A stretch of 64,000 nt of DNA, taken from contig JADHTB010000002.1 in assembly GCA_016776605.1 (NCBI GenBank), positions 130,842-194,841 of the forward strand, read 5' to 3'. Of the stretch, positions 46,337 through 54,651 are shown in pieces. The DNA is from Alphaproteobacteria bacterium. Its GTDB lineage: Bacteria; Pseudomonadota; Alphaproteobacteria; GCA-2731375. Below the pieces are notes generated by a model. It saw only the letters and a program-made list of their open reading frames with translations, was not told the origin of the DNA and searched no databases. Position 1 is the first letter of the stretch, and the number at the start of each line of letters is the position of its first letter. The position numbers were made by a program, and so were the translations under genes.

Positions 46337-46735
46337 ATGGAACTGGTTGGTGTGTCTGAAATAATCGCCCGGCTGCTGGGACCGGTCTATCTCATTGTTT
46401 CTCTTGGTTTGCTGATAAACCCGGAGGCTTACCGCAAGATGACGGTTCATTTTTTTGAACAGCCGGCCTTGAGTTATCTGGCCGGTCTGCTGGCGCTTGC
46501 CGTAGGGGTGGCAATCCTGACGTTTCATTTCGTCTGGCGCGCCGAGTGGTTTTTGCTGGTAACCATCATTGGCTGCCTGGGGGTGGTGAAAGGGGCGGCG
46601 TTGATTATCGCGCCGGGCTGGTTGCTTCGCATCTGGGAACCACTGCTGGGCAAACCCGGTGTCATTCGCGCCGGCGGCTTGGGCGGGCTCGTCATGGGGC
46701 TGTTCCTGACAGGCAAGGGGTATGGCCTGATTTAG
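46337..46735 (+). CDS. Hypothetical integral membrane protein (4 predicted TM helices)
   Basis: Strong AGGAGG RBS 7 nt before the ATG. The hydrophobic helices are regularly spaced. Confidence 0.6.
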   Translation: MELVGVSEIIARLLGPVYLIVSLGLLINPEAYRKMTVHFFEQPALSYLAGLLALAVGVAILTFHFVWRAEWFLLVTIIGCLGVVKGAALIIAPGWLLRIWEPLLGKPGVIRAGGLGGLVMGLFLTGKGYGLI

Positions 46736-46748
46736 GGGTTGCCCTCCC

Positions 46749-47117
46749 TTAGACCCCTTTTCCCCTCTCAGCCGGCCCGTCGGTTTCGCGGCCGCTCCGC
46801 CAGCGATAGCCAAAGCGGGGGTAATTTTCGATGGCGTTGAAATTGGGATCGATGTCGCGGAATTTGCGCCGGATGCGTTTGATGAAGGCGCGGACGTTGG
46901 TTTGATAGCCGTCAGTACCGGTGCCGGCGGAAAAGCCGGAGCCCCGCACCAGATCATATAGACAGCGGTATTGCAGATCGCGCCCCGGCCGCTGGGCGAG
47001 GTGTTCGACGATCGCATATTCACGCAGGGTCAACGAGACCTCATGGCCGTGCCAACTGGCCCGGTGTTGATCGGGATACAGTTGTAGCGGCCCGCCGCGC
47101 TGGTCGTCATCGTGCAT
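46749..47117 (-). CDS. Stand-alone OmpR/PhoB-type winged-helix DNA-binding domain protein (no receiver domain)
   Basis: LTLREYAIVEHLAQRPGRDLQYRCLYDLV…NVRAFIKRIRRKF…FGYRW matches Trans_reg_C. Only 122 aa. Confidence 0.6.
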   Translation of the reverse strand: MHDDDQRGGPLQLYPDQHRASWHGHEVSLTLREYAIVEHLAQRPGRDLQYRCLYDLVRGSGFSAGTGTDGYQTNVRAFIKRIRRKFRDIDPNFNAIENYPRFGYRWRSGRETDGPAERGKGV

Positions 47118-47323
47118 GCATTTACCCTCGGAGAGCGGGGGAAGACGGTCTGCTCTCTAATCCACGTGGCCGGCGCTTCTGCAGTCGGGTGTTCCACTAT
47201 TTCGACGATCCGGCGTTTTTCGCGAATCGAAGCTCGTGCGGTCATTATTTTTGGACAAACCTTAACAAATCCTTGCGATCAAATCGGTGGAGACCTATGC
47301 AGAGCCGATAGGAGATAAGAACC

Positions 47324-47665
47324 ATGCCGCCAAAACACAATCCCCTGCGTCTGAACAAGTTGCAGTTGAAGACCCTGACGCTATTCCAGGAATTGGCCCG
47401 CTCGTCCGAGACATCGTCGGGCCGCGAGGACGGTGGCTTCCTCATCACCTCTATTCCGCAACCCCATGGTAACCACTTTCATCTGGGGGCCGGCGTGGTG
47501 ATGGCGGCGGACGCCTCGGGATTGGGGAACCAAAGCGTCTGGCGCGCCTTGGAGCGCAAGGCATTGATTACCAGCAGCTTTCCCATGGGTTTGGTTCTGA
47601 CCCCCGCCGGCAACGCCTATGATACCGGCCTGCGGGAAGGACTTCTGCACATCGCGGATCACTAG
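47324..47665 (+). CDS. Hypothetical protein (113 aa)
   Basis: AGGAGA RBS 8 nt upstream. No recognisable motif. Confidence 0.45.
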   Translation: MPPKHNPLRLNKLQLKTLTLFQELARSSETSSGREDGGFLITSIPQPHGNHFHLGAGVVMAADASGLGNQSVWRALERKALITSSFPMGLVLTPAGNAYDTGLREGLLHIADH

Positions 47666-47689
47666 CCGCCAATCAAAAGGCCGGATCGC

Positions 47690-48112
47690 TCAATTTATGC
47701 CGTTGGCCCGTTGCACTTCACGGACAAATTGAATGATGGCCTGGATTTCCATGCGTCTGACCTGGGGTTGGGGCGGCATGTCGCCATAGGGCCAGTGGTG
47801 TTGCCGGGTACCGGCGGTCGCGGCGCGGAGGAACGCGTCGTCGCCATGATGGCTGGGTTCGTAAATCCGGTGGATCAACGGTGGGCCCTTGTCGGTACCG
47901 TCGGCCTGGGCGCCATGGCATTGCGCGCAATTCTTTCCGAACGAACGCTGCCCAGCCTGCCCCATGGTGGATAGTTTTGGCATCTGTACTTGAACCGCTT
48001 CGGCGTGAGCTGCCTGGCCGGCATACCAGATCGCCGCAAGAAATAGCCCCACTGCGATCAGCAGGGCGAAGGCCGGACCTGTTGATGTGCCGGGTCTGAT
48101 TTGGGATGGCAT
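47690..48112 (-). CDS. Class I c-type cytochrome (single CxxCH haem site)
   Basis: The CAQCH haem-binding motif follows an N-terminal signal/anchor. 140 aa. Confidence 0.8.
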   Translation of the reverse strand: MPSQIRPGTSTGPAFALLIAVGLFLAAIWYAGQAAHAEAVQVQMPKLSTMGQAGQRSFGKNCAQCHGAQADGTDKGPPLIHRIYEPSHHGDDAFLRAATAGTRQHHWPYGDMPPQPQVRRMEIQAIIQFVREVQRANGIN

Positions 48113-48176
48113 GGCAGGCTACACTCTTCAGTTTTGGTTTAAAGGCAAAGGTCCGGGGTCATGGTCAAAGCAATTC

Positions 48177-48200
48177 TAATGATATAACATAACATTATGA
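48177..48200. promoter_or_regulatory. Candidate Zur box (imperfect palindrome TAATGATAT-AAC-ATAACATTA) at the znuC start
   Basis: Seen in the sequence immediately upstream of, and overlapping, the annotated znuC ATG. Fur/Zur-family boxes are AT-rich ATAACAT/ATGTTAT palindromes, and zur is encoded in the same operon. Confidence 0.45.
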
Positions 48201-49012
48201 ATTTGCATACGCAGTCAAATGATATGGTGGGCCGGTCACAAGATCAGGCCACGCTGGTCACCGCGACGGGGGTGGCGATGTCTTACGCCGGGCGCCAGGC
48301 TCTATCAGGTGTGGATCTGGAGGTGAATCGCGGCGAAATCGTCACCCTGATTGGCCTGAACGGTTCGGGCAAATCCACCCTGGCCCGCATTCTGCTGGGC
48401 CTGTTGCAGCCAACTGCCGGACAGGTCTGGCGGGCGGCCCGGTTGCGTCATGGATATGTGCCGCAGACTTTAAGCATCGATCCCGCCATGCCTTTGACGG
48501 TGCGCCGCTTTATGACCCTGGGGGGCAAGGTGGCCGATGACCTGCTGGCCGCTACCTTGGCCGAGGTTGGGCTGTCAGGCCGGTTGGGGGCCCAGGTGGC
48601 CGAATTATCGGGCGGCGAACTGCACCGGGTCATGCTGGCGCGAGCCTTGTTGCGCCGGCCGGATTTTCTGGTTCTGGACGAACCCATGAGCGGCGTCGAT
48701 GTGGCCGGGCAGGGGCAGCTGTATCAATTAATCGCGGCCATTAGAGACACTTACAATTGCGGGGTGTTGTTGATTTCCCATGATCTGCATGTGGTGATGG
48801 CGGCGACCGACAGGGTTATCTGCCTGAACCATCATATTTGCTGCACCGGCCGGCCTGACGCCATTGTCGACGATCCGGAATTTCGGGCCCTGTTTGGGGC
48901 GGCGGTGGCCGACCAACTGGCCCTGTATCACCACCATCACGACCATGCCCACCAACCCGACGGCGGCGTTGTGCCGCTGGATGGCGACCATGCGGGGCAT
49001 GGCCATGATTGA
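48197..49012 (+). CDS. znuC: Zinc ABC transporter ATP-binding protein ZnuC, with a His-rich C-terminal tail
   Basis: Walker A GLNGSGKST, signature LSGGE and Walker B LLVLDEP. C-terminal HHHHDHAHQPDGG…DHAGHGHD. An alternative start at 48224 would clear the Zur box. Confidence 0.85.
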   Translation: MNLHTQSNDMVGRSQDQATLVTATGVAMSYAGRQALSGVDLEVNRGEIVTLIGLNGSGKSTLARILLGLLQPTAGQVWRAARLRHGYVPQTLSIDPAMPLTVRRFMTLGGKVADDLLAATLAEVGLSGRLGAQVAELSGGELHRVMLARALLRRPDFLVLDEPMSGVDVAGQGQLYQLIAAIRDTYNCGVLLISHDLHVVMAATDRVICLNHHICCTGRPDAIVDDPEFRALFGAAVADQLALYHHHHDHAHQPDGGVVPLDGDHAGHGHD

Positions 49013-49835
49013 AGACTTCATGCTGCGGGCTTTACTGGGCGGCCTGGGTGTCGCTGGCGTCGCGGGACCGCTTGGTTGTTTCGTGATTTGGCGGCGGATG
49101 ATCTATTTCGGCGCCGCCCTGGCCCATTCGGCGCTGTTGGGGGTGGCCTTGGGGCTGGCGTTGGGGTTGTCGCCCGATTTGGGTATCGCGGTTTTATGCC
49201 TGTTGATGGCGCTGGGTTTTTTGGCGCTGGACCGCGGTCAGCTGGTCGCGTCCGACACTTTACTGGGTATATTGGCGCATGCCTCCCTGGCGCTGGGCCT
49301 GCTGGCCCTGGCCCTGTTGGAGGGGCTGCGGGTTGATTTGATGAGTTATCTTTTTGGCGATATCCTGGCTTTAAACCTGACCGATCTGGTGGTCATCTAT
49401 AGTCTGATGGCGCTGGTTCTAGGTATTCTTCTGATCTTTTGGCGGCCATTGCTGTCGGCGACCGTGGACGAGGAACTGGCCCGGGTAGAAGGCTTACATA
49501 CGGGCTGGCTGAAATTTCTGTTCACCATATTGATGGCCGTCGTCATCGCGATTGGCATGAAGGTGGTCGGAATTCTGATGGTTATATCACTGCTGATCAT
49601 CCCGGCCGCGACGGCGCGGCGACTGGCGTCGAGCCCGGAAAATATGGCTTTGGCGGCGGCGGCCTGCGGCGCCTTGTCCGTGGTGGCGGGGTTGTTGGGG
49701 TCTTATTGGTGGGATCTGCCATCCGGCGCGGCTATCGTGGCGGCGGCGGCGGCGCTGTTTCTGTTATCCCTGGGTCTGCCTGTGCGGGCACTAAGAGCAA
49801 TTTTTAATTCATCCGAGTCGCCAGCGCGACATTAG
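48999..49835 (+). CDS. znuB: Zinc ABC transporter permease ZnuB
   Basis: About 278 aa with 8 TM helices, ABC-3 family. Overlaps the znuC stop. The ORF from 48864 is trimmed to the Met cluster MAMIEDF. Confidence 0.85.
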   Translation: MAMIEDFMLRALLGGLGVAGVAGPLGCFVIWRRMIYFGAALAHSALLGVALGLALGLSPDLGIAVLCLLMALGFLALDRGQLVASDTLLGILAHASLALGLLALALLEGLRVDLMSYLFGDILALNLTDLVVIYSLMALVLGILLIFWRPLLSATVDEELARVEGLHTGWLKFLFTILMAVVIAIGMKVVGILMVISLLIIPAATARRLASSPENMALAAAACGALSVVAGLLGSYWWDLPSGAAIVAAAAALFLLSLGLPVRALRAIFNSSESPARH

Positions 49836-49911
49836 GAATTGCTTTAATTCTACTCTGAAGATGGCGGGCGCATTGTGGAAAATGTGCTCCAGGCGGAGGG
49901 CATGGAGAAAA

Positions 49912-50424
49912 ATGGCGAAGCAGATCGTGGACAATCCATTCGCGCCGCCCGGCCATGACCATGCCAGTTGCATTCTCGCGGCGTTGGATGCGGCCGAGGC
50001 GGCCTGCGCCCGGCGCGGTGAACGCCTGACGCCTCTGCGCCGGCGGGTTCTGGAATTAGTCTGGCGCGGCCACCGGCCCGTGGGCGCCTATGATCTTTTG
50101 GCCCTGCTGCAGGATGAACGGGGCAGGGTGGCGCCACCCACGGTCTATCGGGCTCTGGATTTTCTATGCGGCCAGGGTCTGGTGCATCGCCTGGATTCCC
50201 TGCAGGCGTTTATTGGTTGCGGAAACACTGGTGATGATAGGGGCGGCCGGGTGGACGGTCGCCACGTAGCGCATTTTTTGATCTGCCAGGATTGTGGCGT
50301 TGCCGTCGAGGTGCGGGATGGCCAGTTGGACGGCGCCATCAGCGGTTTGGCCGGGCGTGCCGGATTTGCCATCGCCGACGAGACCATCGAACTCAGCGGT
50401 CTCTGCGCAGCCTGCCGGGATTAG
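49912..50424 (+). CDS. zur: Zinc uptake regulator (Fur family)
   Basis: 170 aa; the Fur-family DNA-binding helix (…LTPLRRRVLELVW…AYDLLALLQ…) and the C-terminal CxxC…CxxC pairs (CQDCG…CAACRD). GGAG RBS. Confidence 0.8.
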   Translation: MAKQIVDNPFAPPGHDHASCILAALDAAEAACARRGERLTPLRRRVLELVWRGHRPVGAYDLLALLQDERGRVAPPTVYRALDFLCGQGLVHRLDSLQAFIGCGNTGDDRGGRVDGRHVAHFLICQDCGVAVEVRDGQLDGAISGLAGRAGFAIADETIELSGLCAACRD

Positions 50425-50428
50425 GCTG

Positions 50429-51259
50429 ATGGGTGGCATAATTTGGCTGGCATCCTATCCAAAATCGGGCAACACATGGTTGCGGGCTTTTTTGCATAAC
50501 CTGTTGCGTGACCCTGATCAGCCGGCGGAAATCAATAAGCTGGATCAATTCTGCGTCGGGGACTCCCAGGCGAAATGGTTCAGCCATGTGGCAAATGGCC
50601 GTAAACCGATGGATATGTCACCCGAAGAGGTTGCCCCCCTTCGCCCGCTGGTGCATCAGGCATTTACCTCGGCGCATCCAGATTCGGTGTTTGCCAAAAC
50701 GCACAACATCATGGCGGAGGCCTATGGCGTGCCCCTGGTGACCATGGAATATACCGTCGGCGCAATTTACATCGTTCGAAACCCCCTCGATATGGTTCTG
50801 TCCCTGGCCGATCACTTCGGCCAAAGCCTTGATGGCGCCATTGCCATGCTGGCCGATCCCCAAGCCGGCACGCCCAGTAATATCAACAATGCCTTTGAAT
50901 TCTATGGCACCTGGTCGCAGCATGTCGCCGCATGGACGGCAGTGGAAAGCGATGCCCTGATACGGCTGCGGTATGAGGATATGGGGGCGGACCCGCGGCA
51001 AACTTTTCGTAAGGTCGCGAATTTCCTTGGCCTTGACCCACCCAGTGCCCGGCTGGACAAGGCCATCCAATTCTCGTCTTTCGAGGTGCTGCGCGCCCAG
51101 GAAGACAAGAGCGGTTTTCGCGAGCGGAGTTCCCATTCCGAACATTTTTTCCGCTCAGGAAAATCCGGACAATGGCATGGCGTCCTGTCGAAGGCGCAGG
51201 TGGACGCGGTGGTGTCGGCCCATCACGAACAGATGGAACGCTTTGGCTACCTGCCGTGA
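50429..51259 (+). CDS. Sulfotransferase-domain protein (PAPS-dependent; 5'-PSB motif PKSGNTW)
   Basis: LASYPKSGNTWLRAFL (5'-phosphosulfate-binding loop) and a later RNPLDMVLS (3'-PB region). Starts 4 nt after the zur stop. Confidence 0.75.
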   Translation: MGGIIWLASYPKSGNTWLRAFLHNLLRDPDQPAEINKLDQFCVGDSQAKWFSHVANGRKPMDMSPEEVAPLRPLVHQAFTSAHPDSVFAKTHNIMAEAYGVPLVTMEYTVGAIYIVRNPLDMVLSLADHFGQSLDGAIAMLADPQAGTPSNINNAFEFYGTWSQHVAAWTAVESDALIRLRYEDMGADPRQTFRKVANFLGLDPPSARLDKAIQFSSFEVLRAQEDKSGFRERSSHSEHFFRSGKSGQWHGVLSKAQVDAVVSAHHEQMERFGYLP

Positions 51260-51364
51260 TTCCATCGGCAAAGGCCGAATTGAATCCGTTATTCGGACCG
51301 TTCCGACGGGCGAGAGCGTGGCTTAATCAGTTTCGGAAAATGACTAGTCAATCTCGAAAATGGT

Positions 51365-54316
51365 CTAGGAAATTTCCATGGGTAGACGCGGCACATCGAT
51401 CATTTCCGGCGGCCTGCCGTCTTCATGGGCTTGCCACATTAACTCGTATGCCGATTCCAAATGCCGGGTCAGACGTTTTGAATTGAACAAGGGATAGTCA
51501 TCACGCGTGGCCACCAGCTCCGCTCTGAGTCTTGCCAGGCTGTCGCGGTCATTGGCCAAGGCGAAGGCTTTCGCCTCATAGTCATGGATCTGATACTGGA
51601 TCATATCCTGTTGTCCGATTGCGGAAAGCAGGGTCGCGCCATTGCGCGATTGCGGCGTGGGACCGGCCAGGGTCAGCACCGGCACGCCGGTCCAAAGACA
51701 ATCCACCGTTGTGACGCCGCCGCCATGATAGAGATTATCCAGGGCCAGGTCGGCAAAGGGCAGGCGTGCCAGATGTTCGGGATGGGGGATTTTGTCCGCA
51801 AAAATTAAACGGTCTGGATCAACGCCCCGGGCCGCGGCCTCCTGCCGGAGGTTTTCCGTACTGCTTTTGGTGCCGCGAACCAGCCACAACACTGCATCGG
51901 GCACCTTGCGCAATAACCGCATCCAGATGGCGAAAATTTTTGGCTCGATTTTATAGTGAGTGTTGAAATTGGCGAAGACAAAGGCCCCTTCTGGCAAGCC
52001 GCAGTCAGCCCGGCTGGGGCCCTTGATGGCAATGGGGGCACGTTGGGTCGCCATGAAGGTATCTGGCAGATAGACAAGGTTTTCGGTGAAAAAGGGCCGT
52101 TGTTCTGGCGGTACCTGATGGTGATCGGTAATGAGGTAGTCCAGGAATTTTGCCCCAATCGTCGCCGAATAGCCGAGATAGTGCGCCTGTATAGGGGCCG
52201 GTCGTAGCGCTAAAAGCGATAACTGCCCGCCCTTGGTATGTCCCGCCAGATCGATCAGGATATCGATTTCATCGTCATGGATCAGTTTGGCAGATTCTTC
52301 AAACGAATAGTCGACCAGATTGTGGTAGCCGTGGAAACGCTCGCGCAGGGCATCGGTCATATAATCATCGCCCCCCGAATGCAGGGCATAGCCATGCACC
52401 TGGAACCGCTCCATATCGTGATTGTCCAGAATGCCTTTGAAGGCAACAGACACGCTATGGAAACGAAAATCAGGGGATAGATAACCGATGCGGATACGGT
52501 CATGTGGCTTGCGGCGATTATAGCTGAAATTCAATTCTTGGACTGATTCAGCGACATAATCGGCGTTGCGCTGGGAAATCTGCTCGGCCACGGCCTGCCG
52601 CAGGGCCATGGAGAATTCACCGGGCAGGCTTTGCAAGGCGAAAGCGGACAACGCCACAGTGCCGCCGTCGGTCAATTCCCCTTCCGTGTTGCTGCGGATC
52701 TTTTCGATGACTGAATGCAGGTTGGACCAACTGCATTGCTGCATCAGGGAATGCGCCAGGAACGGATAAATGACATTATAATCCGGGCGTACTCTGAGAG
52801 CCTGCATAAAGGCCAGGATGGATTCATCCCAATGATTGATGCTTTGTAAAAGACTGGCCAGGTTGAAATAACCTTCTGCCAGGTCCGGGTTGACTTCCAA
52901 CAGCTTGCTATAGGCTGCGACTGCTTCGTCAATATGACCAATGGCGGCTTCCGATATGGCCAGATTGTTCAGCGCTTCGGGATAGTCTGGATTTATCGCC
53001 AGGCCCTTGCTGAAACTTTTTACGGCTTCTTCATGCCGGTTTTGCGTTTGCAGTGTTAAACCCATGCCATTGTAAATATTGATTAATTCGGGTTCTGCCT
53101 GGACCGCGATCTCGAATGCCTCAACTGATTCCGCCAATCGTCCCATACCCCGCAGGGTATTTCCCAGATTGCAGGCGACCAGTGCTTGACTAGGTAGCAA
53201 TTGCAATGAACGGCGGTAACTCTCAACGGCGTCATCCTGGCGGTTCAGGGCGACCAGACTGTTGGCGATATTGTTGTGGGCTTCGGAAAACTCCGGCCGC
53301 AGCTCGATTGCCTTGGAATATTGTTCCACCGCCTCGGCATGTCGTCCAAGTGATTGGAGAGCATTGCCGTAGCTATTGCGGTAATCCGCCGATTCTGGCT
53401 GACCAGCGCAGGCCAGGGCAAATACGGGCACGGATTCTTCGACCCGCGATTGCTGGTAATACAAAGTCGCAAGATAAAACGCGGTCAAGGCGTTGTTCGG
53501 TTCCAGTTCCGCCGCCCGGAACAGTGCCTGCTCGCTTTCGTCAAACAGTTCCATCAATAGGAATAGATTGCCCAGGCAGTTCCAAGCCTCGATAAAGTCC
53601 GGTTTCAGCGCCACTGCCTGCTCCAATGCCGCGCGCGCTTCAGCATGTTGGTCCAGGCGCATCAGGGCCAAGCCAAGATCGGCATGGGCCGCAGCCCATT
53701 CAGGGGTAATAAATGTGGCTTGGCGAATGGCCTCGATCGCGCCCTTGGCATCGCCCAAAGACAGCAAAATATTGCCATAATTCTTATACGCGGCGGAATT
53801 ATCCGGATCAACGCGCAACGCGGCCAGATAACTCTCCTTGGCTTCGTCACTGCGGCCGGCTGCCAATAGGATGGTGCCCAGATTATTGTGGGCGTCGGTA
53901 ATATTAGGATCGATGCTGATGGCCTCGCGGTAGCATTCGATGGCTTGTTCAATTTCCTGCTGCTGATACAGAAGATTTCCTAAATTGATCTGTGCGGCCG
54001 CCAATAAAGGGTTTTCGGCCAGCGCACGCCGGTAGCAGTCAGCGGCTTCCTCCTGCCGCCCTGATTGGACAAAGGCGTTGCCCAAGTTGGAAAGAGTATC
54101 GGGATCCTCGGGCAGGATATCCAGAACCTGTTGATAGAGGGGGACGGCCTCGTCAGCGCGGCCCTGGGCCGTCAACAGGGCCGCCAGATTAAATGCGGCA
54201 TCCATATGATGTGGATCGTCAGCAAGTATTTGCTGATACAAAGCTTCGGCCGTGCTGGCTTCACCCGCTTTATGCTGCGTCAAGGCCGTTTGGAAGGTTA
54301 GATCGAGACTGTTCAT
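51365..54316 (-). CDS. TPR-repeat protein with a C-terminal GT41 (O-GlcNAc-transferase/SPINDLY-like, FlmG-like) glycosyltransferase domain
   Basis: About 560 aa of tandem 34-aa TPR units (…A..Y…AL.L.P…A..NLG…) followed by RIRIGYLSPDFRFHSVS…HYKIEP…, typical of bacterial OGT-like (COG3914) enzymes. Lies next to flagellin. Confidence 0.8.
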   Translation of the reverse strand: MNSLDLTFQTALTQHKAGEASTAEALYQQILADDPHHMDAAFNLAALLTAQGRADEAVPLYQQVLDILPEDPDTLSNLGNAFVQSGRQEEAADCYRRALAENPLLAAAQINLGNLLYQQQEIEQAIECYREAISIDPNITDAHNNLGTILLAAGRSDEAKESYLAALRVDPDNSAAYKNYGNILLSLGDAKGAIEAIRQATFITPEWAAAHADLGLALMRLDQHAEARAALEQAVALKPDFIEAWNCLGNLFLLMELFDESEQALFRAAELEPNNALTAFYLATLYYQQSRVEESVPVFALACAGQPESADYRNSYGNALQSLGRHAEAVEQYSKAIELRPEFSEAHNNIANSLVALNRQDDAVESYRRSLQLLPSQALVACNLGNTLRGMGRLAESVEAFEIAVQAEPELINIYNGMGLTLQTQNRHEEAVKSFSKGLAINPDYPEALNNLAISEAAIGHIDEAVAAYSKLLEVNPDLAEGYFNLASLLQSINHWDESILAFMQALRVRPDYNVIYPFLAHSLMQQCSWSNLHSVIEKIRSNTEGELTDGGTVALSAFALQSLPGEFSMALRQAVAEQISQRNADYVAESVQELNFSYNRRKPHDRIRIGYLSPDFRFHSVSVAFKGILDNHDMERFQVHGYALHSGGDDYMTDALRERFHGYHNLVDYSFEESAKLIHDDEIDILIDLAGHTKGGQLSLLALRPAPIQAHYLGYSATIGAKFLDYLITDHHQVPPEQRPFFTENLVYLPDTFMATQRAPIAIKGPSRADCGLPEGAFVFANFNTHYKIEPKIFAIWMRLLRKVPDAVLWLVRGTKSSTENLRQEAAARGVDPDRLIFADKIPHPEHLARLPFADLALDNLYHGGGVTTVDCLWTGVPVLTLAGPTPQSRNGATLLSAIGQQDMIQYQIHDYEAKAFALANDRDSLARLRAELVATRDDYPLFNSKRLTRHLESAYELMWQAHEDGRPPEMIDVPRLPMEIS

Positions 54317-54565
54317 GGTCTGAATTCATAGTTTTATAGGGTTAATATTCCTTAAAGTTCGCGCCACCCCATCGCCTCACCATTATTGCCGTTCCAAGGA
54401 TGCGGCACGTTATATCTTGCCCGGCAAAGCTTGCTTGATGGGTGCAGTATTTGCCCGGCAAGGCCCTTTTTCACCCTGGGCCCGGTTCGTCTAAAATCCC
54501 CGCAGTAAAAAAATACATGATTTAAATCAATGCATTACCCTGCCTATCCGGGTTTCGGCACAACT

Positions 54566-54580
54566 TGGCATGACCTTTGC
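54566..54580 (+). promoter_or_regulatory. Candidate sigma-54 promoter (TGGCAT-N5-TTGC) upstream of flagellin
   Basis: Seen at about -85 relative to the flagellin ATG. The -24 GG and -12 GC spacing is correct. Late flagellin genes are sigma-54-dependent in several alphaproteobacteria. Confidence 0.4.
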
Positions 54581-54651
54581 GTTGTGTTGGTTGGCAAAAG
54601 CCCGCCGTTGGTCTGACGGTGTAGTGAATATCGGGGACGAGGAGAACGATT

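Noticed and set aside
46749-47320. Whether the stand-alone wHTH gene is the 3' remnant of a response-regulator pseudogene
   Set aside because: The 200 bp upstream (47118–47320) show no receiver-domain-like translation in the same strand (no DD…D…T…K pattern). I kept it as an intact small gene but flagged the alternative in the findings.
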